Assembly: GCA_964542785.1 (NCBI GenBank)
Contig: CAZIUK010000003.1
Span: 12,946-76,945, forward strand
Direction of reading: 5' to 3'
DNA: 64,000 nt
Source: an uncultured Planctomycetales bacterium
Lineage (GTDB): Bacteria; Omnitrophota; Gorgyraeia; Gygaellales; Profunditerraquicolaceae
Positions 39,380 to 53,000 of this stretch are shown one piece after another (the stretch's first letter is position 1; each line of letters begins with the position of its first letter). The position numbers and the translations under genes were made by a program. Below the pieces are notes generated by a model that did not search any database, was not told where the DNA came from, and saw only the letters and a program-made list of their open reading frames with translations.

Positions 39380-40987
39380 ATGAGAAAGAAGTTATTAGTC
39401 TTCTGGGTTTTATTTTTTGCTTTAGTATTTTTAAAGAGTACCTTTGCCAATAATATAACTGTAAGCAACCTTTCGCTGGATAACCTGGATTCAGCTTCAG
39501 GCACAGTTGAGATAAAGTTTGATTTAGATTGGGAGAATAGTTTTTCCCCGGAACAAGACCCTGATGCTACAACATTTGACGCAGCGTGGGTATTTGTTAA
39601 GTTTTACAGCGGAGATCCTAAGAAGTGGCATCATGCGCGGCTAAGCGAAGGCGGGACCTTCCAGTTGTATAGCACGGAGACAAAATTAGGGATTACCGAG
39701 GATAGAGTAGGTGTTTTTTGCCGCCCGGGAAACAACCAAACCCTTATCTGGAACTATCGTGATGCAGGAGTCAGCTTGGAAGAGGAGGATATAAAGATTA
39801 AGGTCTTTGCCATTGAGATGGTATATATACCAGAGGGAGAGTTTTATATAGGTTCCGGTATGCTAGAAGCTTATTCGTTTTATGACGCCTCTGATCCTAC
39901 TCGGAGTCAGCCTATTAAAATTACTGCCTCTTCTCCCTGGCTCTCTGATAGGGCTAATGGCGCTGAAGGCACAGGAATACCAGGAGATATAGCGTTTAAT
40001 AAGACTACCAGTCCTGGCTATGGTAATCTGCCAGTAGTAAGAACCCAATTAAACCCTAACTATCCTACAGGATACAAGGGGTTTTATATCGCAAAGTATC
40101 CGATCTCTCAGGGTCAATACAGGGATTTTTTAAATACCCTGACTAGGGAAGAGCAGCATAGGCTGGTTGGGAAAACTATAAGTGACACTAACGCATCTTT
40201 CTCACTTCCTGACAATATCCCTCCAGGAACAACAGAGGTAACTAATGTATATGTAATGGAGAATTCTCCCGCCTTAACTAGGCGTGTTTCAATAAGATGC
40301 GATAGCCAGATAGATGCGTATGCTCCGGTAACTTTTTACTGCGACTTAAATGGAAACGGTATTCCTAATGAAGAAGATGATGGAGAGTGGCTCCCGATGA
40401 GTGACATCTGGTGGCACTTTAACGGAGCATTCTGTGATTGGGCAGGGTTGCGGCCTATAACTGAATTAGAATATGAAAAAGCCTGCCGCGGTCCAGTTTA
40501 TCCTGTCCCAGGGGAATTGGCTCATGGGCTTTCTAACGTTAATTATCTTTCGGTTTCCGCTGCCCAGGTAGGTAACCCCGGGCGAATTGATGAGTATGCA
40601 ACTAATAACGGGAACTTTCGTTGGATATATGGTACCTCGTGGATAATGCGGGTAGGTTTTGCCGCGACCCCTAATTCTACCAGGGAATCAGCAATTTCTT
40701 CTTATTATGGGGTAATGGATATGACATCCCAGGTTAGTACTCCTGTTGTAAGTGTAGTTGCTCTTACTTTTGACGGACAACATGGAGATGGAGAGTTAGA
40801 CGCGTCAGTAAACACAGTGCATAATGTGCCTAACTGGCCTACAGATCATGCAGGCTGGCGCTCCGGTGACAGGAATTATGTGAGTGCGGTTTCGTACCGT
40901 TATTCTGATAGCAATCTGGATCCTTTAGTATGGAAAAAGAATCGTACTGGAAATAGCAGTATACGTCCTTGCCGGACTGCTTATTAG
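39380..40987 (+). CDS. Secreted FGE-sulfatase (SUMF1/formylglycine-generating-enzyme) domain protein
   Basis: Signal peptide; GFYIAKYPISQGQYRDFLNTL and a C-terminal Trp/Gly-rich region typical of the FGE-sulfatase fold; 535 aa. Confidence 0.55.
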   Translation: MRKKLLVFWVLFFALVFLKSTFANNITVSNLSLDNLDSASGTVEIKFDLDWENSFSPEQDPDATTFDAAWVFVKFYSGDPKKWHHARLSEGGTFQLYSTETKLGITEDRVGVFCRPGNNQTLIWNYRDAGVSLEEEDIKIKVFAIEMVYIPEGEFYIGSGMLEAYSFYDASDPTRSQPIKITASSPWLSDRANGAEGTGIPGDIAFNKTTSPGYGNLPVVRTQLNPNYPTGYKGFYIAKYPISQGQYRDFLNTLTREEQHRLVGKTISDTNASFSLPDNIPPGTTEVTNVYVMENSPALTRRVSIRCDSQIDAYAPVTFYCDLNGNGIPNEEDDGEWLPMSDIWWHFNGAFCDWAGLRPITELEYEKACRGPVYPVPGELAHGLSNVNYLSVSAAQVGNPGRIDEYATNNGNFRWIYGTSWIMRVGFAATPNSTRESAISSYYGVMDMTSQVSTPVVSVVALTFDGQHGDGELDASVNTVHNVPNWPTDHAGWRSGDRNYVSAVSYRYSDSNLDPLVWKKNRTGNSSIRPCRTAY

Positions 40988-41036
40988 GAAGTTAACAGGT
41001 TTTTGTAGGATTAAAGAGGATTTAAAAGAGGGAAAG

Positions 41037-43922
41037 ATGGAAAAGAAAGAGAGAATAAACATAATAATTTCAGTAATTCTTATTCTTACGGCAGCATCCC
41101 TGTTTTTTCCGCTTTCTTCTGCCTTTGCCGGCCAATTTACCGGAGGTATCGGCGACGGAGATGCTTGTGCAGAGGTCTCTCTCTCCTCTCTGGCTACGGT
41201 TCCAGAAGTAGTTTCAAAGATTATCCGGGCAGGGGAGGAGATATTATCTATCAGCCGCTTAAATAACAAAGTTACCGTTGTCTTGACTAACCCCTACCCT
41301 AATAATAACCTTAAACCCGGCCAGTATATTGTGATTTATACCGGGATCTCTGGGACTCCTTCTTTTAACGGCAGATTCTTAATTGATAGCGTCTTAAGCC
41401 AAAGCGAGTTTACCTATCAGCAGGGAGGCAGTAATGAGTCAGGGTCTATAGGAAGCTTTAGTTTTGCCGGAGGAGATTTTAGTACCCTTACTAGCTGGGA
41501 GGCTGATTTACCGTATGATTTAGCCAGTACAGGCACGCCGCATATCGCCGTATGTTATAATGATTGGGTATCAGGGCTTAAAGATAACCTTGTGGTTGAA
41601 GGACATACAACCACCCCTAAATATTATATAAAAATTACTCCTTTTAGGCTTGACCGAAATACTGGGAAACCAAAGTCAGGCTTTTTTATTGCTCCTTCAA
41701 GCGGAAATGCAATAATCCTCCAGGATAATGCTGATTTGGTGCTTGATAGTATTGAAGCTACTGCTCCGGTAGTGATCAATGCCGGAGTAGCCCGGGTTGA
41801 TGATCGTTCCATCTATTCAAAGTTAGAGGTAGGTAGCGGCGCGACCTTGGCTCTTAGCGGGGCGAATTTTGGTAATTTAAAAGAGATGGTTATAAACGCA
41901 GGTTCAACCCTTGAATATCTTGACGGTGATTCTTCTTCTTTAGACAACCCAATAGCCTTGCTTAACCAGGATCACCATCATCTTAAGCTTTCTAAGGGGT
42001 TTTTTAAGTTACCGGCAGATAATTTTACTATTATGGGTAATATTGATATCGGATCACAGGCAAGCTTGGATGCGACAGAAAATAATTATAATATCAAAGT
42101 TGCAGGAGATTGGTTCTGTTTGGGGAATTTTAATTCGCGCGTGGCAGGAGTGGAATTTAACGGAACTAACCAAAAGATATCCGGGTCAACTTCTTTCTTT
42201 AATTTTAGAAAAGATAACTCAGGCCCTGGTACCTTAATCTTGACCTTTGAAAGCGCATCTCTTCAGACTGTCAAAGGCAGGCTTGACTTAGGAAGAGGAA
42301 GCAGGGAAAATTTTTTAAAGTTGCGCAGCAGCCAGGAGGGGAGTCAGTGGGAGCTTGACCTTCAGGGAGATAGCTTAGCCGGGTTTGTAAATGTAAAGGA
42401 TTCTGATGCTTCCAGGGGAAATAAGGTTTATGCTACAGCTTCTTTGGATTCCGGGAATAATGATAATTGGGAGTTTAACAGCGCTGAAGGAGGGCCTATC
42501 CAGTCTGTGAGCGTTTCTCCTTCAAGCGGGTATCGAAAGATCGGAGAGAGTGTAGGGTTTACAATTAAAATCAAGCCGCAATATTCTAACAGCACTCTTT
42601 TGTATTATGAATCTTATTTTGGAAACCATTTAATTGAGCTAACCAGGGAAGAAGACGGTATAACTTTTAATGGTTCCTATATAGTTAAAGAGGGTGATCC
42701 TGATATAGCTGATCCTTCTTTGTCAGGCAGGCTTGAGATTATGCCTTTTGGGGGAGCTACATCTCTTTTTAGCGCGATTTTATCTAAAACCACTCTGTAT
42801 ATAGATGCTAATAAGCCGGTAGTAAGTAGTGGAAACATCTTAGTTACCACTAGTCCTGATAATGGTGAATTTTATCGCGCTGGCGAAGATATTACTCTTA
42901 CCTGGGATAATTCTGCTTCTGGAGACGGGAGCCATAATCCGGATATTGCCCTAGTTACCGCTGATTTTTCAGCTTTAGGCGGAAGTTCTGCTGTAGAGAT
43001 GTCAGAGAGCGAAGGTATTTATACCGCAAGCTATACAGTTTCTGCTGAGAGTATAAATGGTACCCATGATATCTTAGTTACTGTTACGGATAAGGCCGGC
43101 AACCAGACCTCTCTTGCCGCCCCTACAAAGGTAAGAGTTGTCTCTGGCTCTCTTACGCTTACCAGCCCCACTACCCCGGTAAGCTATGTTGCCGGAACAA
43201 CCCAGAAGATAACCTGGAATGCTTCTGGAGATATAAGTACGGTAAATTTAAAATATTCCATTGATTCAGGACAAAGTTATAAGACCATTAACACTGTAGG
43301 GTCTTTGACCGGGGGGAATACTTGTGACTGGGTAGTTCCTAGCGATATAACTTCTAAGGCCCGGGTTAAGGTTGAGGATACTGCCATTAAGCAGGTTTAT
43401 AGCGCCTCAAGCGTAGATTTTAGCATTGTTTATCCTTCTGTTACTATTACCAGTCCTAATGGAGGGGAGTCTTGGACAGCAGGCTCTAAACAGAATATTA
43501 CTTGGACAACGAATTCACCTTTAGTGACTCATCTTAAACTTGAATATTCTGTTGATGGAGGATCAAGCTGGAATTTAATTGCCGCAGCAGTTCCTAATAC
43601 AGGATCATATTTATGGAAACTGGATAACCTTTTTGCTGTAGATACTGTTAGGGTAAGGGCGACAGGCTTAGCCCGTAATCAAATGTTAACTTTAGGCGGA
43701 AGCGCTATGGACAAAGTTTCTTCTGGCGCTTGGCTGGAGGATAACTATAAGGTTTTAGCCATAGAGGTCTTAAGTGATTTTAACGCAGGAGACACTCTGC
43801 TGATATCTGGTCTAAAGTTCGGTAATTTTATTGTCTCTCCTGCGAATAACCTGAAGTTAAGCGCTGGAAGTAATTCTGTTATAGATGATAAGAAGATTAC
43901 AGTTATAGCGCCTTCTGTTTAG
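41037..43922 (+). CDS. Large (961 aa) secreted/anchored protein, probably beta-rich surface protein
   Basis: N-terminal TM/signal; Ser/Thr/Gly/Asn-rich composition typical of Ig-like or beta-helix surface proteins; no catalytic motif found. Confidence 0.45.
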   Translation: MEKKERINIIISVILILTAASLFFPLSSAFAGQFTGGIGDGDACAEVSLSSLATVPEVVSKIIRAGEEILSISRLNNKVTVVLTNPYPNNNLKPGQYIVIYTGISGTPSFNGRFLIDSVLSQSEFTYQQGGSNESGSIGSFSFAGGDFSTLTSWEADLPYDLASTGTPHIAVCYNDWVSGLKDNLVVEGHTTTPKYYIKITPFRLDRNTGKPKSGFFIAPSSGNAIILQDNADLVLDSIEATAPVVINAGVARVDDRSIYSKLEVGSGATLALSGANFGNLKEMVINAGSTLEYLDGDSSSLDNPIALLNQDHHHLKLSKGFFKLPADNFTIMGNIDIGSQASLDATENNYNIKVAGDWFCLGNFNSRVAGVEFNGTNQKISGSTSFFNFRKDNSGPGTLILTFESASLQTVKGRLDLGRGSRENFLKLRSSQEGSQWELDLQGDSLAGFVNVKDSDASRGNKVYATASLDSGNNDNWEFNSAEGGPIQSVSVSPSSGYRKIGESVGFTIKIKPQYSNSTLLYYESYFGNHLIELTREEDGITFNGSYIVKEGDPDIADPSLSGRLEIMPFGGATSLFSAILSKTTLYIDANKPVVSSGNILVTTSPDNGEFYRAGEDITLTWDNSASGDGSHNPDIALVTADFSALGGSSAVEMSESEGIYTASYTVSAESINGTHDILVTVTDKAGNQTSLAAPTKVRVVSGSLTLTSPTTPVSYVAGTTQKITWNASGDISTVNLKYSIDSGQSYKTINTVGSLTGGNTCDWVVPSDITSKARVKVEDTAIKQVYSASSVDFSIVYPSVTITSPNGGESWTAGSKQNITWTTNSPLVTHLKLEYSVDGGSSWNLIAAAVPNTGSYLWKLDNLFAVDTVRVRATGLARNQMLTLGGSAMDKVSSGAWLEDNYKVLAIEVLSDFNAGDTLLISGLKFGNFIVSPANNLKLSAGSNSVIDDKKITVIAPSV

Positions 43923-44022
43923 CAAGGCGGATTTGGGGATAGTTTTGTTTAGGTAAGGGGATTATAGAGGTTTTAAGATAAGAGTAGTTAGAGATGGTTA
44001 GAAGATGTGGGGTGAATAGATT

Positions 44023-47000
44023 ATGAAGAAAATACTCAAGGTATTATTAATAGGCGGGTTAGCGCTCTGGGGTTATTTTGAATCCGCATCCTTGGCTTTA
44101 GGAGCTAATCTTTCTATCTCAAGCGCGTCTGATCAGACCTTTATCTCTGAGGAAGCGCCTAAGGATGCGCAGGCTATAACCATTACTGATGTATCTGGAT
44201 CCGGCATAATCGTTTCAAGCGGGTTGAGGATACTTATCCCGGATTCTTTCGGGATGCAGTGGCATGGGGCTATGCTTAGGGATGATAGCGTGACTGATAC
44301 CTCTAACGCTGATTTTAGTGTTATTGCCGCGCAGATAATCTCTGCCGGGGTAACCTTGGAAAGTTCAGATGCCGGAGCAACCGGGAGCGTGGAGGTTAAT
44401 TTTACCAGTATAAACTCTATACCTGCTGATGCAAAGATAGTGATTACATTCCCGGATAATTTTGTTTTTAATTCTAAAAGCCCAACTCTTGCTTCTTCTG
44501 CCACAATGAGCGGGGATTTTAGTGTTAGTATTACTGGGCAGGTTATAACAGTTACCCGCAACTCAACTTCGGCTTCTTCTGCTGGAAGCCACTTAATTAC
44601 CTTAACTAATATTAAGAATCCGATTAGGCCGGGAACAACTGGGGCATATTCATTGAAGATCCAGACTCTGGCGGGGTTTGATATTGATGTGAATAATGAT
44701 TTAGCCGCTTCCACGATTGTCCCTGCGGCAACTTCCCGTATAACTTTAAATTCTCCGGATGATATGACTGCAGGCGCAGCGCGCGCAGCCTACACCTTAA
44801 CCCGTTATGATGAGTACGGTAATTTAAGTACACAAGAGGAAGAAGTCTTTGACATTTCAACTACCTCTACCGGGGATAATGCTGTTTTCTACAATGATGC
44901 TACTGCAAGCGAAGCCGGGAATATCATTACCAGTATCACTATCCCCCAGGGTTCTTCTTCGGTTAACTTCTGGTATGACGATACCAAGATGGGGGCGTAT
45001 ACAATTGCGGCTATTAAATCAGATCAGCCTGAGATTACCGTTTCTGATGGTATAAATGTAAAGCATGCTGAACCGGATCATTTAAGGTTTGTTTCTGATA
45101 TACCTACTGCGGATGCCAAGCAGGTCTCTGTGCAGTTTAACCTGCCTCAGCTTGCTGCTGTTGACCGTTATGATAATATACTTACTAATGACTACGGAGC
45201 TGCTGCTTATTCCGGGAATAAGGCTATAACCTATTCCTTAAGCGGTCAAAGAGACGCTCCCGACGGAAATGGGACAGATCTTTTTTATTCCGACAATGTA
45301 GCTTCGGCGAAGGTAAATTTTACTAACGGCCTCTCAACAAATGCCCTTAGCGCTAAGTTATACCGGGCGCAGAATACGGTTATATCCCCGGCGGATAGTA
45401 ATCTTCCCAGCGAGAGTCTTCCTTCTAACGAGATTATTGTTAACCCGGCTACAGCGACAAAACTGGTCTTTAAACAGCAGCCTTCTGGCAGTGCGATAGT
45501 CAACTCTGCCTTTTTACAACAGCCGGTAGTAGCTATCCAGGATCATTACGGCAACCAGACTTTGGATATATTCCCGATAAAGCTCTATGATTCTATCCGT
45601 TCGGAATTTCCTTATGCCGATGCTCCTGGAATTTTAACTTCTGACCACGAGGATAATACATTAAATGCCGTTGCAGGCGAGGCGTCTTTTAGCGGGGTTG
45701 AATATAATGCCTCAGGTGTAATATACCTGTATGCCCAAGGATTAGGCGCAGGCAGCAATGTTAACCCTGTTTTTTCAAATGAGATAACCCTGGCTACTTC
45801 CGTCACAACCATGGTTAAGGCCGCGGATACTCCTGTAGCTGACTTTAACCTAACTCCTACCAACGATACATTGGAAAAGAAGTTTAAGGTTTTAAAGTTT
45901 AAGGTAACTGATGCCGGAGAAGATAAGACTCCTACATTGATCGATCAGATTAAAATAGCAGTATCCGGCACCGGGGGTCATGCTTCTACAGATATTGCCT
46001 GGGCAGGTTTATATGTAGGAGAAGAAAAGGTGGCGGATGCTGCTTCTATAACAGATGACTTTATTACTTTTGGGCAGGAGCCTAACAGCGATTCTACTGC
46101 AGGTATCTACAGCGTGCCTGATAGTAGCTCTGTTGAATTTACCGTGTATATCCATATGAAGCCGGATAAGTTATCCGCCCTTGACGGCCAGTCGTATATC
46201 TTTACTACTGATGAAGATAGGGTAGGGGTTGACAGAGGGGCTTCTTCGCAAATGACGGCAAGCTCAGGCAGTATAGCCGCTGTTACCGGAACTATTAAAG
46301 TTGATATGACGCATCTTGAGATTGTAACTGAAGAAGGAGCCTCAACATTAACTGTCTCTGCTGGGGTGCCGGTAGAGCTGTTGGTGCGCGCTACCGACGC
46401 TAATAAGAACATAGATAGCGATTATAATGGTAGCCATACCTTAGTCTTCTCAGGGTTAAATAGTGTTGGTACCCTTTACCCAAAGATAGAGAGTGTCCTT
46501 TTTGGCTATAATATAACTATTTCTTTTTCAGGAGGTATTTCTGCTTCTCAAGGAGTTACCCTTACTCCTTATAAGAGCGAGGAAGGTATAATCGTTGTCC
46601 AGGAATCAGGAAAGTCTTACAGTCAGCATGGATTAACTGCCACGATTGTCCCTGCGGCGACTTCCCGTATAACTTTAAATTCTCCGGATGATATGACTGC
46701 AGGCGCAGCGCGCGCAGCCTACACCTTAACCCGTTATGATGAGTACGGTAATTTAAGTACACAAGAGGAAGAAGTCTTTGACATTTCAACTACCTCTACC
46801 GGGGATAATGCTGTTTTCTACAATGATGCTACTGCAAGCGAAGCCGGGAATATCATTACCAGTATCACTATCCCCCAGGGTTCTTCTTCGGTTAACTTCT
46901 GGTATGACGATACCAAGATGGGGGCGTATACAATTGCGGCTATTAAATCAGATCAGCCTGAGATTACCGTTTCTGATGGTATAAATGTAAAGCATGCTGA

Positions 47001-50000
47001 ACCGGATCATTTAAGGTTTGTTTCTGATATACCTACTGCGGATGCCAAGCAGGTCTCTGTGCAGTTTAACCTGCCTCAGCTTGCTGCTGTTGACCGTTAT
47101 GATAATATACTTACTAATGACTACGGAGCTGCTGCTTATTCCGGGAATAAGGCTATAACCTATTCCTTAAGCGGTCAAAGAGACGCTCCCGACGGAAATG
47201 GGACAGATCTTTTTTATTCCGACAATGTAGCTTCGGCGAAGGTAAATTTTACTAACGGCCTCTCAACAAATGCCCTTAGCGCTAAGTTATACCGGGCGCA
47301 GAATACGGTTATATCCCCGGCGGATAGTAATCTTCCCAGCGAGAGTCTTCCTTCTAACGAGATTATTGTTAACCCGGCTACAGCGACAAAACTGGTCTTT
47401 AAACAGCAGCCTTCTGGCAGTGCGATAGTCAACTCTGCCTTTTTACAACAGCCGGTAGTAGCTATCCAGGATCATTACGGCAACCAGACTTTGGATATAT
47501 TCCCGATAAAGCTCTATGATTCTATCCGTTCGGAATTTCCTTATGCCGATGCTCCTGGAATTTTAACTTCTGACCACGAGGATAATACATTAAATGCCGT
47601 TGCAGGCGAGGCGTCTTTTAGCGGGGTTGAATATAATGCCTCAGGTGTAATATACCTGTATGCCCAAGGATTAGGCGCAGGCAGCAATGTTAACCCTGTT
47701 TTTTCAAATGAGATAACCCTGGCTACTTCCGTCACAACCATGGTTAAGGCCGCGGATACTCCTGTAGCTGACTTTAACCTAACTCCTACCAACGATACAT
47801 TGGAAAAGAAGTTTAAGGTTTTAAAGTTTAAGGTAACTGATGCCGGAGAAGATAAGACTCCTACATTGATCGATCAGATTAAAATAGCAGTATCCGGCAC
47901 CGGGGGTCATGCTTCTACAGATATTGCCTGGGCAGGTTTATATGTAGGAGAAGAAAAGGTGGCGGATGCTGCTTCTATAACAGATGACTTTATTACTTTT
48001 GGGCAGGAGCCTAACAGCGATTCTACTGCAGGTATCTACAGCGTGCCTGATAGTAGCTCTGTTGAATTTACCGTGTATATCCATATGAAGCCGGATAAGT
48101 TATCCGCCCTTGACGGCCAGTCGTATATCTTTACTACTGATGAAGATAGGGTAGGGGTTGACAGAGGGGCTTCTTCGCAAATGACGGCAAGCTCAGGCAG
48201 TATAGCCGCTGTTACCGGAACTATTAAAGTTGATATGACGCATCTTGAGATTGTAACTGAAGAAGGAGCCTCAACATTAACTGTCTCTGCTGGGGTGCCG
48301 GTAGAGCTGTTGGTGCGCGCTACCGACGCTAATAAGAACATAGATAGCGATTATAATGGTAGCCATACCTTAGTCTTCTCAGGGTTAAATAGTGTTGGTA
48401 CCCTTTACCCAAAGATAGAGAGTGTCCTTTTTGGCTATAATATAACTATTTCTTTTTCAGGAGGTATTTCTGCTTCTCAAGGAGTTACCCTTACTCCTTA
48501 TAAGAGCGAGGAAGGTATAATCGTTGTCCAGGAATCAGGAAAGTCTTACAGTCAGCATGGATTAACTGCCACGATTAATGCGGGTGCTGCCAGTAATATT
48601 GCCCTATTAAGCGGCAATAACCAATCTGGAAAGATAGCCGCGCCTCTACTCCAGGCTTTTGTGGTGGCAGTTACCGATGTTTATGGTAATGGTATTGGAT
48701 CTGGGACCGGGGTTGATTTTGCTATTCTTAGCCAGCCTGAAGGTGCAACAGGAGCTTTATTAAGCACTATTTCTGGTGTAACTGATGCTAATGGCCATGC
48801 CTTTACAACCCTGACTGTAGGTAGCCTTGCTGGTGATTATCAGGTGACTGCTTCTTCAGCGGGGTTATCTGGTTCACCGGTAACTTTTATCGCTACGGGT
48901 TTACTCCCTAGTGCAATTCAGCTTTTAAGCGGAGATAACCAGTCTAAACAGGTAGTTTCTGCATTAGATGACCCTCTGGTAGTTAAAATAGTTGATTCAA
49001 CAGGTATTCCTATTCCTCGTGAGAAAGTGGATTTTACTATATCTTCTTATCCTGAAGGCGCGGTTGGGCAAGCGCTCTTGTCAGGCTCAGTGGTAACTGA
49101 TGATAACGGCCAGGCACAGACCAGCTTTACTTTAGGAGATAAGGCAGGGGTTTACAAGGTAACTGTTAATTGCGGTTCGCTTACTGCGGTTGATTTTAAT
49201 TTTAATGCTACTGCCAGGGCTCCTTATCAGGTAGCCTTAAGAGGTCCGGTTTCAGTCAAGGCAGGGGAGGTCTCTACCAAATTTACCGTCTCCATAGAGG
49301 ATGAATACAATAATCCTTCTAATTTATCCCAGGCAACTGTATTTTCATTAACCAATAATCCTTCTCGGCCAAGCGGAATATTTTATTCAAATAGCGACGG
49401 GACGTTAGCAATTAATTCTCTGACTGTAGCTAAGGGTACGAATAGCGCCAGTTTTTACTATAAGGATACAATAACTGGCATGGCGAATATTACGGCAACC
49501 CGTACTAGCGGGCAGTCTTTAATCCAGGGAATATCAAGCCAGGAAGTTACGGTTATCCCTTCGGATGCCTATCGTTTTACTATTGTTGGCAATACTGATA
49601 CTATAGAGACAGGGGAAAGTAAAGTATTGACCATAACCGCTTATGATAATTTAGGCAATGTAAAGAGCGATTATACCGGGAATGTTAATGTTCTCTTCTC
49701 TGGGGCTAGTGCTTCCCCAGCTCCTTCATCAAAGAAAGCCACAGCTTCTAACCATCTAAGTCAGGATATTGAATTTGGAAAGACTACCAGCCTAAACTTT
49801 ATTAATGGTGTAGCTGTTTCAACCTTGAAGTTTTATAAAGTAGAGGATGTGAATATAAAGATAACCAGCGGTTCAATAGTTACTGCTGAAGAGGATAGTC
49901 TAAGCTTTACCGTCAGGCATGGTCAGGCAGATCACTTGAAATTCGGCGGGAATCTTCCTGCTTTGCAGGAGGCGGGGGTAGAGTTTGATTTTGAAACTAC

Positions 50001-53000
50001 GCTGCAAGCGGTTGACCTTTATGATAATATCTGCAACGGCCTTAATGGTTCTTCCGGATTCTCTGGTTCAAAGAAGGTTACCTGGAGTTTAAGCGGAGCT
50101 TCTGATGGACCTGAGGGGAATGTTATTGATGAGTTTGTCAGTCCTGTAGAGTTTAGCTTAGGGGTATCCACTACTACTTTAAGCGCAAAGCTCTACCGTG
50201 CACAGGATACCACCATTACCGCTGCTATTTCTGCTTTAATAGGGGTAAATGTTGCTTCGAATACAATTACAGTTGAGCCTGGGGCAGTAGCAAAGCTAAG
50301 GTTCTCTCAGGAGCCTGCGGCTTCTTCCATTACCAGTCAGGCTTTAGAGGTACAGCCTAAGGTTGCGGTAAGTGATCAGTATGGTAACCCTGTTTCTACT
50401 ACCTCGGCTAACGTAAGCATTGCTGCTTCAACTAGCAATGATTCATTTGTACCTGTGGTTAATGGAGTATTAAGCGCTATTGGAGGACTTACAGCATCTA
50501 CAGTTAACGGAGTAGCTTCTTTTAGCGGAGTAACCTATAATTATCCTGAGACTATTTACCTTCGCGCCACAGTCGCAGGGGTAAGCCTGGTGCCGGTATT
50601 CTCTTCAGGTATAACATTTAGTACCGCTCAGGAAACAGCTCTCTCTGTTACTACACCAGGGCCTACTGCTATTTCTTCTCTTGCCTATACTACTGCAGAC
50701 AGAGTTGGGGTGCTTAATTTTAGGGTTGTTGATGGGGGGACTGATGGTTTCTCCAGTAAGATACGCCAGGTGATTGTAAAGCGCAACACCTCTGATACTA
50801 CCGGCGGGTGGACAAATTACCTGCAGGGAGTCTATATTACCGATGGAGCAACGCAGGTGGTTGGGAGGATAGAGGATGATCAGATTATTTTTGGCTTGGG
50901 GGGAAATGATATTTATGATGTTACTAACGGCACGACTAAGAATTTTACTGTGAGCGTATTTTTGAAGAATCCGCTCCCCTTAGATTCAGATAATAAGGTT
51001 TTGGGTTTCAAGCTTGATCCGGCTACAGATATAGTATTTGGTTCACCTAGCTCTAGGCTTGTCTCTTCTTCTGTGATGAGTTCAACTCCAAAGATCTCGG
51101 TTGTGGCTACTGATTTTGCTATTTTTGGCTCTCCTACCATGAATGCCGGAGATACCCAGCCGATTACGCTTAAGGCCGTAGATATACTGGGCAATATTGA
51201 TAAGGATTATGTTGGAGAAAAAACTTTAGTTTTTAGCGGACCAAGTATAACGAGTAAAGGAAATGAGCCCATCGAGACGACCTCAAATATTCCTTTTGGT
51301 ACGGATACCCCGGTTTCTTTTACCAACGGCCAGAGCTCATCTACCGTCGGGATTAAACTCTTTAAAGCCGAAACTGCTTATGTTAAGGCAGCCGATATTT
51401 CTGCGGGGATAACTACTCCTAATCAGAAAGCCTTGATTGTTACGGTTTACGGCGGAGCTGCCACGGGTTTAAGTTGGCTTACCCAGCCGGTGGGCGTAGT
51501 TGTCGAAAATGCCCCGTGGAAAGAGTTTAGTATTTCAGTTACCGATGCTTATGGCAATACCTCATCCAGCAGTACTGAGGTAACCGTAGCTCCTTCTAAC
51601 GGCAGTATCTCTACAGGTTCGCAGGCAACAGTTACCGCTCAATCGGGAATAGCCACATTCTATAATTTTGCGGTAAATGGTCTTAATGATGAAGAGAAGA
51701 TCACTTTAAGCGCATCAGCAAGCGGGGTAGCCGGTACCGGTCCTTCCAATGAAGTGCAGGTATTTAAGGTTTATAAGGTAACGGTCTTTGTAAAAGATTA
51801 TACTAGCGCTAGTAATCTTACTGAATGCGCTTTGGATGCCACATCTAACGGAGTAGTCGTAGATGGTTTTCCAAAGACAGGCAACAGCCCGTTTACTTTT
51901 AACTTGCCCTACGGGACGTATACCTTCCGGGTCTCTAAGGAAAAATATGTTGATGAAAACACCGAAAAGACAGCTGGTGTTGCCGCGGATTACCTGGACG
52001 GAGTATATGATGCAAAGATTACCTGGTCTTTGACTGCTACAAGTTTAGTTGAGGCTACTGCTGATTATAAAGCACAGAGCGCTTTTGTTTATGATGAAAG
52101 TACTGACAAGCTTTCTATCCGCGTCTGGCTGGAGAAGCGCGGGAAGATGGTAGTTAATGATGATGTTAATATTTTAGGTAATGCGGTTGTAGATATCTAT
52201 AATGATTCTACCGGGGGATGGCTTAAGTCAATTACCTTAGAGCCTCCTGCTGCGTCTAATACTGTAAATGGAGTTTATTTTAAGGAGATACCTAATGTAG
52301 TTTCTGTTGACGATGATTTTAACCTTGTTGCAGGCAAGACCTATTTTGCCCGTGTTGTCATTAATTATGGTGGGCTTACTGGTACAGGCAGAAGTTATGA
52401 AGGAGGAGCGACCTTTAGTGTTACTATAAACGAGAATCTGCGCGCAGTTACTAATTCTATTCAGACGGTTGCTACTAATATCGCCGGGCAGACTGCGGCA
52501 ATTCAAAAGACGATAAAGGATGAGATAGAAGGCCAGATTACTAGTGTTGTTGTGCCTAAGATTACTGATGTAAAGACTGAGACATCTAAGATTCTTTCTG
52601 CCACAGGCACAGAGTCTTTGCAGGATAAGATTGCCGAGGTAAAAACACAGGTAGTCCAGGAGGTTCAGCCGCATATTAAATCCGGTATATTAAATGGAGA
52701 GACTGCGGTAAGAACTGGCTCTAAACTAGCTGTTCGTTATCGAACTGATTCTGGACTTTCTCCAACGATATCCGTATATAGCCCCAAGAACAATCTTCTT
52801 ATCTCCGACAGGGCTATGGCAGAGATAGGGATAACGGGAATCTATGAGTATAATGTAACATTTTTACCGGCTTGGGGGAGGGGATCCTTTACTATTGTTT
52901 GTTCAGAGCCGGTAAAAGGAACAGCTGATGCCTTTGTGCTTAAGGTAAGTGATTCGGATATAGAGGATATATCAAGTAGTGTCTCTGCTGTTTTAGGTAG

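Noticed and set aside
44133-48341. Minus-strand ORFs inside the giant gene (44133-44714, 44624-44860, 45285-45503, 45612-45863, 46107-46412 and their +1929 twins), plus the nested + ORFs 44849-45055 and 46778-46984
   Set aside because: They are antisense or alternative-frame to a continuous 3115-aa CDS and are duplicated only because of the 1929-bp tandem repeat. They have no ribosome-binding site and no coding-like composition.
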